A stretch of DNA of 64,000 nt from Lama guanicoe (Eukaryota). Both the position numbers and the translations under genes were made by a program. Below are positions 1 through 13,480 of the stretch, piece after piece; position 1 is the stretch's first letter, and every line of letters begins with the position of its first letter. Under the pieces are notes generated by a model. It searched no databases, was not told the DNA's origin, and saw only the letters and a list, made by a program, of their open reading frames with translations. The DNA is taken from positions 279,241 through 343,240 of the forward strand of contig MU053934.1 of assembly GCA_013239625.1 (NCBI GenBank), written 5' to 3'.

Positions 1-360
1 TACTCACTTGAGTGAAAAGGATGCCAATAATCACCTGTATATAAAATCTAAGTCATAGTCTACATCCGAACTCCAAACATATGTTTCTGCAAATGGTCAC
101 ATATGCTGAATTTTCTGGCAATGCACTGCTGTGCGAATGCAGGGAAGACAGTACTCTGTTTTGTTTGGAATTTTACCAAGAGTCGTCCATCGTTTAGTGG
201 AATAATGACAACAGCAGCCAAGCCGCTTGGAATACGTGAGCCACCGATACAACCACACCGGTTTCTGTCTGCACGGGCGACAATCACACGCACGGGAATT
301 CGCCCTGCGGATGCTCGCCTGGGATGCCCCCAGCACTGCTCGGGTGGCCAGTCCGAGCAC

Positions 361-456
361 TAGGGTGACTAACTGTCCTGAGGGGATTCCCGGATGTAGG
401 GCTTCTATGCAAAGCTGGGAAAGTTCCAGGCAAAGTGGGATGAGCTGGACACCCTG
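361..456 (+). mobile_element. MER81-like non-autonomous hAT-Blackjack DNA transposon
   Basis: Ends TAGGGTGACTAACTGTCC ... GATGAGCTGGACACCCTG form imperfect terminal inverted repeats and match the recalled MER81 consensus. Confidence 0.75.
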
Positions 457-499
457 GTAACATGAACCCACTAAAATATACTGTGGTTTCAAACTCATA

Positions 500-580
500 C
501 CACCTATTTTTCTTTATACCCCTAAACCCACAGTGCCTGGCACACGAGAAGTACTGAAAAAATATTATTCCGTGAATGGG
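500..580 (+). mobile_element. L2 LINE 3' end fragment
   Basis: CACAGTGCCTGGCACACGAGAAGTACTGAAAAAATATT...GTGAATG resembles the L2 terminus. Confidence 0.6.
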
Positions 581-1654
581 AGGCGAGGGAGAAAAGAAAA
601 AAAGAAGAGGCATCTTCTCATAGTTACACACATGTTACCCCATATTCATGCTCCTTTCTTGAAATGTGTGGCTGATACCAAGGCACACCTTCCCATCACC
701 CTACAATTTGAAGACATCCCATATTTTTACTATTTTCCACAAAGTAGCACCCCAGCACATCTTCGCGGGGGGCGAGTAGGTTGGCCAGGCTTCCGCAAAG
801 GAATCCTAGTACGACAGCATCACAGACTTTCACGGGAACCTCAACGCCATGAAATCTGAATAATCGTTTTTACCCAAAGGGCCTCAGATGTGTATTTTTG
901 GCCATCGTGTTTAGCCTGATGTTTAAAAGGTAATGTCACTCCACAGGTGACACCCTTTGTTACGATTCCCGAGACATAATAGCTACCGACTCGCCGTTGG
1001 AAACCTTTGTGTAGTGACATGGCCTCCCTTCTGCCTGTATGTGTATGAATCTGAGAGCACGCTCTACGACGTGGAGACACAAATATCTTCTGCGTTTTTG
1101 ATAAGTGACCCTGAGTCTCCCCTTGAGCATCTGCTTTGAGATAATAAGCAGTAACTAGAAAACAGTCCTCTGTTAGATTGAGTTGTGGTTACGAGAGGAA
1201 GTCAACCACAGCTTATAGGAGAGGAAGGTGTGCGGAACAGGAGCAGGATGCTGCGGGTGAGCTGATGTCCCCAGGGGAAACTCAGCTGTCAGCAAGACGC
1301 AACAGCTCCTGCACCCAAAACACAGCTGCTCACTTGCAAGCTCGAAGCAATTCTGTTCAAGGGAGAACTGGATGAAAAAGCAGACAGACAAATGGGAGCG
1401 AGAAGCCAGGGACATCTGTTTCTGAAAGTAACTTTGGGACTTACCGAGACCTCACGCCCTCTAATGCAAGCCACGCCTCTCTTTGTAAGCACCCACCTTT
1501 GGGAACCATAAAGCGTTTGACCAGTAGGAGCAGAAGATCTGAATTCTGGGATTGGGAATGGTAAAGTCGACTCACTGGAACAGAGCTCTGGGATGTAAAA
1601 CAGTGCTGTTAGAAGTTTGCTCTGAAATCTTGCCCAATCCAAAATTGAAGGTGG

Positions 1655-1895
1655 GGACTGGAGCTGGACCACCAGGGTTCAAATTCCTATTTCATCCCTT
1701 CCTTCTTCCGTCACCTGACCGGTCAAGGCCAAGTTGCATACTTCAAAACTGGCTGCCTCATTTGTTTCGTAAGGATGGTAATAACAGAATTTACATTATA
1801 GAGATTGCTCTGAACACCAATCAAGGAGATAAAAATGTTTAGTCCGGTTCCTGGTCCATTCTGGATACTGAGTATCAGCTACCCATTATTATTAT
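1655..1895 (+). mobile_element. MIR SINE (degraded)
   Basis: GGGTTCAAATTCC B-box-like motif, CCTCATTTG...GGTAATAACAG core and ATTATTATTA tail. Confidence 0.55.
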
Positions 1896-2248
1896 TTTTT
1901 TACAACTTTATTAAGATATAATTACACAACTGAACAATCAGCCATTCTTTGAAATCCCATTTCTGTCACCCATACACCGTCTAGAACCCACAGCTTGAAT
2001 AGGTGCTATTAGAGAATGTTTTCACTTAAACAAGGTCATCATTTCATGCCTGTTCTGCACCATACCTTCACCCCCAGGGAAAAACTGGGTAGTAATTATG
2101 CAGACCCAAATTCACGGCAAGGTCCTGAACAAAAAGGGGCAGAATCAGAGACTAAAATGGCGGTATCAGGGCACGGACAACACACAGGATTTCCCTCATC
2201 AAGCTTCAGTGACATTGCTCAGAAATGCATCATGGTGTGCCACCCTGC

Positions 2249-2669
2249 TGTTAGGGACTAGCGTTTGCATCCTTCCAAAACTCGTTTTTTGAAGCCCTTA
2301 CGGCAGTGTGAGGGGTTTCAGAGATGGGGGCTTTGGGAGGCAATCAGGATTAGATGAAGTTATGAGGGCAGGCCCTGCTCTGATGGGGTTAGTGCTTTTA
2401 TAATAATCTTATATGAGACACCAGAGAGCGTGTTCCCTGCTCCCATCCCACTGCATCCCCCACCCCCTACTGTGCATACGAAGAAGAGGTCACGGGAGCC
2501 CAGAGTAATCCTGTGACCATCCACAAAGCCAAGAGAAGAGGTGTCATAAGAAACCTGCCTCGCTGGCACTTTCATCCTGGACTTCCCAGCCTCCAGAACT
2601 GTGAGAAAATAAATATTTAAGCCACCTGGTCTACGGTATTTTGTTAGGCAGCCGGAGCAGACCAACACA
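2249..2669 (+). mobile_element. MLT1A-like MaLR solo LTR
   Basis: TG...CA ends; diagnostic CTGGACTTCCCAGCCTCCAGAACTGTGAGAAAATAAA...TTTAAGCCACC; perfect 5-bp TSD CCTGC at 2244-2248 and 2670-2674. Confidence 0.92.
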
Positions 2670-4299
2670 CCTGCTACTCCTCAGCTTTGCTTGCTTGAAA
2701 CGAAGGCCAGTAAGGAGGGGCTCGTGGCTGCCCAGGACACAGGGAACAATTTCCTGTCTTATGGGCCTGTCACAAGCTCTCTTTTCTCGGGTCTCGTAGA
2801 AATAACTTTCCTTGAAAAAGTTTTCAAAGAGATGAAAAAGAAGCGCTAAGAGCTTTGCTGTGACTTTCAGTTTTCAAAGTGCCACCGGTGCCAGGGGAAC
2901 GCTGTTAGGAGTACCCTTAGAAAAAGCCCCACCTGGGGCTGGAGAAATCCTGACACTTGAGTGTATAGATTCTTCCTTCTTAATACGAATCAGGAGGGGA
3001 TCAAAGGACTGTAATTATGACACTTCAGCAGAAGTCAGGCAAGACTATTGGGTCCCTTCCAAGAAAGCATTTACTTGTCAGTTGTAAGGAAAGGGGACTT
3101 TTTGCAATCTCCCAAGGGCCCTTTGTTGGAAGTTTCTATTTGATAATTACACCATCTAAAGATTCTTTGTCAAAAATCTCTCTTTATTTAGAAACCATGC
3201 AGGCTTGCTCTTTTGGTTTAACAAAAGATTGGGGAAAATTGTGCCCATCAGTCTCCCCGGTAAGGTTAAAAAAAAAAGCTGTTTATCCTCACTGGACCTT
3301 ATTTCATGTCCAAGAAAAATCACAGAAGAGCTCAGAACATCCTCCCAGAAGCCAGTCCTCAGTCAGGCACAACTCCCCCAGCCACGGACCCACATCACCA
3401 TCCCCACTCTCGAAAGCTCAGTGAGACCCTCCAGCCCTGGGGCTCAGCTGAATAAGCCCCCCTTTAAGCAATGGACTAGAAGCAGTAGGGCTATGACCTA
3501 GGTATTGCTAAGAATTGCAGTAAATCCGTAATAAATGGAAAATTCAAGCCTTGACCACCACTTGTCTCTTGAAGTTTTGCACAGTCCATTTTATAGCAAT
3601 AACAGTCCAAATGCCCAGAGAAAGGATCCCACATTGTCAGAGTCTAAATTACTCACCCTCTGCCTCCCCTAAATCTCTTTCTCCACTTCTCTAACACCCA
3701 GCATTTCCATTCCTGCACCTGAGTCACAGGTCCTGTGACTTCTGTTTCCTGGAACCCCTCTTGTAAGTCTATGACCATTTCTTCTACCTTCTTTGGGGTC
3801 AAGGTCAAGGCTCATTTCACTCACCCACTCACACCTTAATTAAATTCTAACTATGACAAGTCAGTGGGCACTGGGAAGAGGGCAAGGAAACTGACCTCTC
3901 TTTACAGTCCGGAGAGAGGCGAGAGCATGGACCACAGGTGTCGTTCTTGGAGCAGCAGCTTCATCAGAAGCTGGTTAAATAACACTTCCCAAACTGGCTT
4001 CCACGGGACACCAGTGCCACAAGGCACCGTGTGTTTGTCTACACCTGCTGCAATTTCTTCTTCGAGTGTCACAATTCATGGAGGAGCACTGAAGGCACGG
4101 AAGAGCTCCCTCCTTCAACCTGTTTAACCCAGCATCCCCCCAAGGCATTTAACCACCGACACCTATTAACATCTTGTGTTCAGCAGAAGTCTGGGACACG
4201 GCGCTGCATTACAAAGCAGGATGGAACGACTGCTGGGAGAGGACGTCAAACAAAGTGCCAAAGGGTCCCCTCCCCTCCAGGCTGCTTTCCTAATGGCAG

Positions 4300-4510
4300 A
4301 AGGATGAAGACGTCAGACAGTTCTGTTTGGGAACTCGGTTTAGCAGGTCAATACCTGCGACCTTGGCCAAGCCAATTAACCTCTCTGAACCACAATTTCG
4401 TCATCTGTGAAAACAACCATCTAGTTGTCAGAGGATTCTGTGAAAATTAAGTGAGATAGTGCATAGAATCCTCTGGTACGATGCCTGGGAGGGATCTACC
4501 ATGCATCAGT
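4300..4510 (+). mobile_element. MIR SINE
   Basis: GACCTTGGCCAAGCCAATTAACCTCTCTGAACCACAATTTCGTCATCTGTGAAA MIR core. Confidence 0.8.
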
Positions 4511-5009
4511 GGGTTTGTTTCTTCCTCTTTTTATTTCATGGGATTCCTGGAATAGGGACAGTCTGTGTCACTGACTTGGCACTTAAAAGTGTGAGTGAGT
4601 ATCGCTGGCCATCTTCTCCTGGGAATGCTCCTTGGGGCTTAAACCTTGGGTGTCCTGAGATTTACATCTTTCATTTAACCCCCAGGATGGAGCAAGTGGC
4701 TCAACGTGTGGTTGACATCAAGGATTTTACCAATTTCTTCAAGGAGCCTTACTATCTGCATGCTGACATGCAAGGTCAGCAGTGATTTCCTCTGGGAAAC
4801 TTAACTATTCCTCAGTCTGCTTTTGGCAGCATGGTGACATCTCTTGACTTATTTATGTGCCTAATTTCTGAACAATGAACACACCTTTTCTCCCAGAGCA
4901 GATGAGCTACCACAGCAGGAATTAGATAATGGCAGGTGCCTCTGTGGTCAGGAAAGAGGTGACCTGCAGCTGGCGGGGGATGTTCCCACGTGCCCTCCTT
5001 GGTGCCCTG

Positions 5010-5385
5010 CAGTTGTGCCTGGCACAGCACTTACGACAGCTCTGACCTCGTCTCATTTCCCCACCAGCCTCTATGCTCTTTCAGAATAGAAGTAGGGTCT
5101 TGGTTTATGGGTGTCCTCCCCTGCCCAGCACAGCCCCTGGCCCCTGATGAACACTCAGTAAATGGTAGATGGATGGAAGGAAGGAAGGATGGGAAAAAAG
5201 GAGAAAGGAAAAGAAGGAACGAGGGAATGAACTGCCCTCAATGCTCCTGGAACATAAACTCCGTAAAAACAGCGCCTTTGTCTATTGTTAGCAGCTTCTG
5301 TGTCCAATGGGACTAGAACAGTGCCTGGCACTTAAAAGAACTAAGTAAATATTTGTTGAATGAGGAGATGAATGACTGAATAAAT
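5010..5385 (+). mobile_element. Two consecutive L2 3' end fragments
   Basis: CACTCAGTAAATGGTAGATGGATGG and CTAGAACAGTGCCTGGCAC...AAATATTTGTTGAATGA L2 termini. Confidence 0.75.
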
Positions 5386-6169
5386 TCAGCCAAGCAACCA
5401 TTTGGAAAACTGGCTATCAAGGATGACTACTCGCTGACACACCAAATTGCTCTCAGATTGCTTCCTGATCTGTTTATCCCCCTCAAATTATTAGGGTATT
5501 TTAATATTCATGCCATTCAAAATAAGTGGTGGGGGACAGTAACAAAAATGAATGTCTCCTGTGGGCTAAGCAACGTACAAAATTCAGGGAACACAACAAG
5601 ACAAGGTCCTTGCCCTCCATGAGCTACGGAGACCTTGGATACTGCCTGAACCGAACCCAGGGGGGAGACAGCCACGCGGGGAGAAGGAGCAGCACCCCCA
5701 TGGCTTCAAGGGTCGGGGAGCAGGGCTGCGCTATCCCAGCGAGGGATAGAAAGGCAGAGAGTGACAGCATCAATTAATCCCTTAGTGATCCCAGTGTCAG
5801 AAGTATAAGCCTTTTACAATACAGTAAAACAATTTTTATGGGTTTTTCCCATCCGTTTCATGTCTTGAAGTATTTTTTAATCAAAACGGATAAGAACAAG
5901 GAGTCAAGTGGGTGTAAATCTCTTGCTCGTTTCTCCGGTTCTCTGGCCAGGGAGGACAGCTGAGCCCCGCAGAGCCCACAGTAGACTTTTCTGTCCTCCC
6001 TGGCAGTATTTTCCAGAAGGAAGTCCTATTCCAGTTGTAGAGAGCTGGGCCTTGCTTTTAAACAATGAACACATCCTCCAAAGGCTGCACATAAAAGGCA
6101 TCTCGGTAAATCAAATCTCATGTTTCCAATAGCTTTAGATGTATATTACCTCCATTTCCGACGACAAAA

Positions 6170-6935
6170 CAAAAGCATCTTCCTTGCGTGAAATGTGCAA
6201 AACAGAAAAAAGTATAAACAAGAAAATAAAAATTACTTGTAATGTTATCACCTAGAGGCAATATAAGAATGTAATCAGACTTTAATTCCATGTTCGGATA
6301 TACAGAGATATATATATATTTTTTGACAAAAATAGGATAATGGTAGAATTATTACACAATCCACTTTTGCAGCGGATCTATAAATGTGTCACCGACACCT
6401 ACTCATGGCAACAGTCTACATTTCATTTACCAGTTTCAAAATACTCTGTTGCATGAACCCACCAAAATGTAACAAGTCCTTGTTTTCAGAAGTTGGGTTT
6501 GTCTTAAATATTTTCTTATAAATAATGATAAGACCTCCTTGTTCCCATCTCTTATAACTTCCTAGCAATGAAACGGCTACATCATACATATGTGTATTTT
6601 AAAAATTAGATACATTTTATCCAATTGTCCTGCAAAAAATGCTTTTGCAATTTATACTACTTCCAGCAAGAAGGGTTGACATTTTTCTTGTCTTTACTGT
6701 CATTGGAACTATGTAGACAAAGTACTGCCAGTGCTTCATTCCAGTTGCATTTTTAATTTTTTGATTACTTGGGATGTAGAATTCTTCACGTGTCAGTTGA
6801 CTTGTTTCCTTCTTATGGGAGGAGCAAACTGTGTCCTTTGCCTATCCTTCTCATTTTTCCTTATTGATTTGTAAAAACATTTTGCACATTGAAATATTGA
6901 CCCATAATTTTTCATCTATGATGTGCATTTTCCGT
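6170..6935 (-). mobile_element. Ancient L1M(E)-type LINE fragment
   Basis: AT-rich degraded antisense L1 sequence, e.g. CCAATTGTCCTGCAAAAA...CAATTTATACTACTTCCAGCAA. Confidence 0.55.
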
Positions 6936-6941
6936 AGAGCG

Positions 6942-7145
6942 TTCTTTTGATGTATAGTTAATTTACAATGTTGTATGAGTTTCCTGTGTACAGCACAGTG
7001 ATTCAGTTATATGCATACATTCTTTTACATATTCTTTTATATTATAGGCCATTACAAGATATTGAATATAGTTCCCTGTGCTATACAGTAGGATCCTGTT
7101 GTTTATCTGTTTTATATATAGTACTTCACATCTGCTAATCCCAAA
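6942..7145 (-). mobile_element. Cetartiodactyl-type L1 3' end
   Basis: TGTACAGCACAGTGATTCAGTTATA...ATTGAATATAGTTCCCTGTGCTATACAGTAGG is the antisense L1 3' UTR; homologous to copies at 21086, 34121 and 56084. Confidence 0.9.
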
Positions 7146-9774
7146 GGAGTGGTTTGTTTCAGTACTTTTTTAAAAAATGGTGTTTTCTTTCCTCTCCTCA
7201 TCCATCCTCCCAATTTTTCATTTGTAGTGTTCTTGTCTCCTTATTTGTCAAATAGTTACTGGGAAAACAATACTCTGGCAAGAGAGACAAAACACCCTTC
7301 ACTGCAGGTGTATCACTAATTTATCTGTTGGATGATCAAAGGAATTTCTTGAAGGTGGTAAACCTTGCCCCTCAAAGCCACCACCAACCCAGGCAGAAGT
7401 TGGCAATTAATGTAGAAATGGGTCCTAGAGAAACCACACCAGCGCTCTTAGCAAAGTCAGCCCGTGGCAGCCTCTTCTGGGATGACAAACTTTTGAGCGC
7501 CCTGGAGGTCACAGACAGCTGAGCTAAAAGACCCCTGTCCGACATTGAGGGTGGGGAAGCATCCTGCGAAGCTGGCTCCGTTGTTCTGACCACGACCGTG
7601 CCAGGAGGCTGAGCACTGGAGGGGCTCCAGGTGGATGGTGGGGGCAGGTCTGGCGCCCTTTTCCTGCGATGCTGGGAAATCAGCAAAGCAGAGACGGCAC
7701 GTGAGACAGGACAGGGCTGGGCCATCTTGAGGCAAACCAGCCCCTCTTTGCAGCACCAGACACCGTCCCTTCTCATCTCCTTCAGGTTGCGGTTCTGCCT
7801 CTCATGTCCTGTTTATGAATACTGTTTCCCCTCTACGTTTCGATTGCAGAATTTCGATCTTTTTGAAAGTCTTGGCTGGTCGGCATTCGGTTCAGGTCAC
7901 CCTCCAGCATTAAGGGTTATGTGGTAGCAACCAGAGGGCCAGTAACGCTGCTGCCGGAGCACAGAGAGAAATGCCCCCCCGACAGGGGAAGGTCACATTC
8001 AGAGGGCACCAAACTCTTCTTAGAAAAGATGGCATTTTTACTTCCAGAATCACCTTGCAGATCCAAGAGCTCATTAAATTAATTAGTATTAAACATCAAT
8101 ATATTTACTTGTTACGTATTAATGGAAATGCTTTCTTATATAACCAGCAGCCCAGCAAAGTTTGGGGCTACCTTGGGAACTTGAGGAGGAAAGGATGGAC
8201 GGTAAGGGATGAGGACAGTGAAGAGGCAGGTGAGAAATTATGGGATGGAAGCTCTCGGCACTTAAATAAAAGGGAGGTAGGTGAGAGTGGGCAGGGAAGG
8301 AGCCGGGGGAACTAGAGAGGAGGGGACTGCACAGGATAATAGATGCTTATAATGATCGCTGATGGTCTTAATTATAACCACGAGGCACTAAGATCCAGCC
8401 TTGTTAAAGAACAATTAAATTATCTTCAGTTAGTTAAACTGATGGAGGCAGGGCAGTGGGCCACTGGCTGCGAATTCTCGTCAGAAACGGGGATGGCACA
8501 CCAAAAGGTTGGAGAGCTGAAAGGCGTAACCCTCTGGGAGAGATGCGCCTGTCTTCCAGGGGCGCCGCATTCCCTGTGAATTTCAGTCTGCTGAAATGGG
8601 TGCAGTCATCACGGTGGTTTGGAAAGTAAGACTCACGGCCAAGATGGGGGCAATTTACTTTCCTCTTAACCCTCAAGCACATTTGAAGAGACAGTGGGTG
8701 TAAAGCAGTGGAAAGCAGTGATCTGGGCTGACGATCATCGCCTCACCCCTACAATTACATTTGTGGCTCCAGAGACACCCTTCAGAGATGGCCAAAGACA
8801 TCTCTTTCCTCGAAGATGCTCTTCACCAAATAAAGAGACTGGGATAATGGGCAACTTGGGGAGATTCTGATGTCCCTACGTTTAAAACATTAGTTACTGC
8901 ATTTCCACTGTTTCTTTCACTTTATCAAACCTTCTAACAAAATCAGTAAATATTTATGGGGCTAAGTGATACGGGTGAGACAAAGAAAAATGACCCACGG
9001 TACCTAACCTTGAAGAGTTTCAACCTAATGACCATTTAAGAGTCTTCTTCCCCCCACCGAAAACCAATGTCATCACGATTTAAATGCAGGAACAGAACTT
9101 ACTCGATAAATCTTACTGTGAATCATACTTGGAAAGAGAATAATGTTTTCTGGAAAACAAACGTTAAAGGATGATAAATTCCTCTTTCCCATCTTCTCAG
9201 AGTTTCTGCATCTAAAGGTGGAAGCAATGTTAAAGGGCCAGAGGACTCTCACATCTTAAACCGAGGAGGGAAGGGAGGGCAGGAAGGCTCTGGGCGAGCC
9301 TCGACGTAGAGGCTCACGAAATCCTCTCTTGCTGACTTTAAGGGTCATGGCAATGGTTGTGCTTTCCTTCTCCCAAATTCTTTTAGTTAAACTTGTCAGT
9401 AGACGCTGTGCCAGGACTAAAAGCTGTACCCCCGTCTGGTTATTCCTGTTCAATCTCTCTCTTCCTCTGCACCCCTGCACCTCTCACTCCCACCCATGTT
9501 AGCTTGCTGTCACTTCTCTACAGTGATACCTCCCCCCACAATATAATCAATGACTCATTGTTTTCTTTTTTTTAATTACAAAAGGAATATATATTCCTTG
9601 TAGAAAAGAAAATAATACACAAAACAGACATCATTGTAATCCTATGAATTAGGGATCAGCACTGTTAACGTTTTAGTGGATATTCATTGACTTTTTGTCA
9701 AGTAGATGCTTTTTTATTTTTTTAAAATCTTGTCCCGATTTCTACCAAATTATTGAATGTGGGTTTTAAGTTAA

Positions 9775-10060
9775 GCCACCATCATATTCAACCATCAGCT
9801 CAAGGGCTACATGACCAGTGAGGCCTCTCTGACCCACACCCACCACGTCCCACAGAGACCCCTCTCCCCGGGCGCCCTGGTGCTCCCCGCCTCCCCAGCG
9901 CTAACTTGCTTTTCACCAAGGCAGGCAGCATCACCTAACACACATCTCTGCGCATTTTCCCTGGGAGAATGCGAGCTCCACGAGGACAGGGATTTTGTCT
10001 GTTCTGTTTGTTGCTCTCTCCCTGGTGCCCAAGGACAAAGGATGCTGAAGGCATAAACCC
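9775..10060 (+). mobile_element. L2 LINE fragment
   Basis: GAATGCGAGCTCCACGAGGACAGGGATTTTGTCTGTTCTGTT L2 3' motif. Confidence 0.75.
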
Positions 10061-11769
10061 AGATTATCTGGAGAACAGCAAATGCTTCTCTTTGCCAACC
10101 ATAAAGAGCTGTTAGGAACAAATGATGGTCTTCGCACATTTGCTCCTTGGCACTCCAGCCAGCAAAGGGGACAGGGGACAGGAAGAGAACAGGAGGCCTG
10201 CGGCCAGTGCGGGCTTCACTGCTAAATTTTGGACTGAGCTTGAGTGCGTGGCTTGTCTGCCCTGCTCCCGTCTCCTCACTAATGTGAATGAGAGGGCTGG
10301 GTGTACCTGACGCCCAAAGGCTCTTCCATCTCCGTATTCTTTGATGTTATACAGACTCCAAGGAGAAAACAACACGAACTGAAAGCAAGCAGGGTGCGTG
10401 TCTGATCATGACCACCCCACCCAACCCACCTTCTTCCACCGGCACGGCACTTGACAGTTTACAACATGCTTTCATTTAGATTAGCTCGTTCATTTTATCG
10501 AGATGCCCAAATGGAGCATCCAAACCAAGCATGGAGGGCACCCAAGACGCCATGACAAAGTCAGCAGGACTAAACAGAAGAGGCCAGGAGAGACAGCTGG
10601 CCAAGACTGTCAACGAGATTAAATGTAACTTCAGAGAGAGAAAAAGCGCACCAAGAGGCAGGGGAGCGAATTTTCATGCAATTCATCCACATCTTCCTTA
10701 AATACTCCTGAGGCAGCTGTCACATTGCACTAATCCCACAGGGCTTATACGAACTGAACGGGTGCCCATCTAATCCTGGTGCCCCTCCTCTGCCCCTCTG
10801 ATGGGGAGCAGGGACCTGGGCGGGTTTCTCCAGCTCCCACTCCTAAACCTGGCTGCAGGATCTTCAGAAAGCTGCGGCTATAACTCCCGTAACTCATTTG
10901 GGAGAATATATCGAGATCCCTATCAAATCTGTCTACTGGGTTATATGACTGTATCTTATTGTAATTCTGTGACTTTTATCAAAAGGCTGATCTGAATTGC
11001 AGACGCAAATATTCCTTTTCACATTCTCTCCGGATGAGTGGTTGCAGTCTGAGTTTATTCTCCGGTCCTTTTAGATGGCTGTAGGCTTGCAGGAGCAAAC
11101 ACTTTTTTTTTTTTTAAAGGAAAAGTGCTTTAGGGTAACAGTAGATTTATGCTCATCAAATGATTCACTCATTCACCTGTTCATCCATTCGCCAGATAGT
11201 TATGGGACGTCTCCTATTGAGGAGACACTGATCCAGGCAATGCTGGTAAAGCATCTCACTCAAACTGGAGAGACGGAGGCAGTTCACTGGAGCTGGGAGT
11301 TAGGCACCTGTCTCCTGTCCTCATCACAGGTCTGCCGAATCCCCCAGGACCCAACTCCAATTAGAGGTGGAGGCCATCAATTCCCCTTGCTCTGATTTAC
11401 ACCAGTCTGATGGCTTCTCTGCAGCAGCCTACCAGCTTTCTCCTTTTCTCTTCCAAGTCCTTTCCTCCAACACACACCCCTCTGGCTGCTTTTCTGGCTA
11501 TGAGTTACCCAAGTCGGGACCTTTGGAGAGCACTTCGGTTTGATAGGCCTTTCCCTCTGGCTGCCAAGCTGGTATAATCAGAGAGAGTGCCTATCCGTCT
11601 TGCAGGGTCAGTATATGGATCGAATTGGGAGATGCATGAATGGGCTGCAAGACGCAGTGTCTGTGCTGGTGCTGTGAAGAGGTGACCTCATTCAGCAGAG
11701 TAGGCTGGTAAAATGCACTGAAATCTGGAAAACTGGTTTGCTTTTTGGCTTTCTATACAGGAAAGCACA

Positions 11770-12000
11770 AACAGACTGGGGTGAGGAACCTCTGTTCCGT
11801 TATTCACTGGCTGTAGGACCGTCTCAGGTACTTGATTTAAAATTCTATGTCAGTTTCCTTATCTGCGAAACAGAGATAATGCTATCTCCCCTTTGGGGTT
11901 ACTTCGAGGATTAAGTAAATGCCACTTTATTGAGCATTTATTATGAGCCAGCCAGCCTGTGAAGGCACTTTTACAAATAGCATCTTATTTAACCCGAGTT
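11770..12000. mobile_element. Two MIR fragments (+ then -)
   Basis: TCAGTTTCCTTATCTGCGAAACAGAGATAAT (+) followed by TTTATTGAGCATTTATTATGAGCCAG (-). Confidence 0.7.
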
Positions 12001-12162
12001 GTTCTAACTCATATCAGCCCCCGATCAAGGAGAAAGACTTTGCCATTTCTCTTTCCCAGGAAAAGGGTTTTTCTGGAGCAGTTCGGATAGTCCTGGGCTT
12101 AAATACCTCAATGGTGCCCAAAAGATGTGGTGAAATTTCAGAGTCGATTCAAACGTCCAGAG

Positions 12163-12366
12163 TTGTGCCGTCTGATACCATAGCCACCAGCCACATGTAG
12201 TTACTTCAATTTAAATGAATCAAAATTAGATTAAATTAAAATTTCCTTCGCTAGTTATAGCTGTCACATCTCAAGTGCTTAATGACCAATGTGGTTAGTG
12301 ACTACCTTACTGAACAGCACAGACAATTGTTTCCATCACTGCAGAAGGTTCTACTGGACAGCACTG
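12163..12366 (-). mobile_element. MER3 hAT-Charlie DNA transposon
   Basis: Reverse complement begins CAGTGCTGTCCAGTAGAACCTTCTGCAGTGATGGAAA; internal TAGCCACCAGCCACATGT and AT-rich centre; about 200 bp. Confidence 0.9.
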
Positions 12367-13029
12367 GGAGATGGGGAATAAGTTATGAGAGGAGAAATGG
12401 AAAAGTCAACAGGAGGGCATGAGGGTCAATTACATAGTGGCACGTGAAATTTCGGCATGTTTTCAGTAATTTGCCAGGGCCAAGCGGGCGAGGCTGTCCT
12501 CATTTGTGGGTTGTCCTGACAAAGTGCTCTGGGGGCATTTAATGGTTTTATAGGACAGACTGAGTAGCTATGGTTACTAACAGTTCAGCACCATTCAGCA
12601 CCAGAGCTGTGACATTTTCAGATCTTTCACTGATTAGCAAAAATACAAACATTTTTAAAAAGTCATACAGAATCCATTCCTACAAGCCAAATAGCTCCCC
12701 TACTATCTGCCCTGACTGCTGAATTCTGATAATCTAGTGTCATTTCCGAAAAGCAAGGAGTCACCGGTCTAGGGTTAACCTGGAGCAGCGTAGTGCTCTG
12801 ACATGCTCCCAGCCTCCCTCAGGCTACACCCGGTGCTCCTGGTAAAATGCAAATGTGGTCATAAAGATTCCACACAGGACTCTGTTCTCTAGAGTGCTTA
12901 TCACAAGCCCTGGGCCTGAGACAGGATCCCCTGCACAACCGAACTGCGGACTCCGCCAAATCCACCACCATCTCTCCTCCACCCCGCTGCCCTCACCGCC
13001 CCTTCTCTATCTGATACCCCGGGGGCAGC

Positions 13030-13480
13030 CTCATTCATTAATTCAATACAACAAATATTTATCAAACACTGCTACATGCAGGATCCTGTATTAGGCACTA
13101 GAGATGGAGCAATGAAGAAAACAGAAAACAAGAACAGATCCCTGCTGTCATGGAGCTTACCCTGTAATAGGAGAGGACAGGCAACAGATACATAAAGATA
13201 TTAAGACACACAGGATGCCACATGGGCATCGGTGTTACAGAGGCCAGAAAATGGTTGGTGGGGTCCTTTTGTTATATCCAGCTACTACATCGATTATTAA
13301 ATCCTTTGAAACTGTCATTTATTCACTCAGTGAAGTTTTACGGAACACTTACCACGTGCCGTGTTATGCACATTGGGACTAGACAAATGCTCTGACCGTC
13401 AGATGGAGCTCACATTCTGGTGGCAGAGAGAGATGACAGACAAGGTGATGCTGTCGTAGTTCAGATGAAGGTAAGTGCCA
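13030..13480 (-). mobile_element. Two L2 3' end fragments
   Basis: CATTCATTAATTCAATACAACAAATATTTATCAAACAC and CATTTATTCACTCAG...ATGGAGCTCACATTCTGGTGG. Confidence 0.8.
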
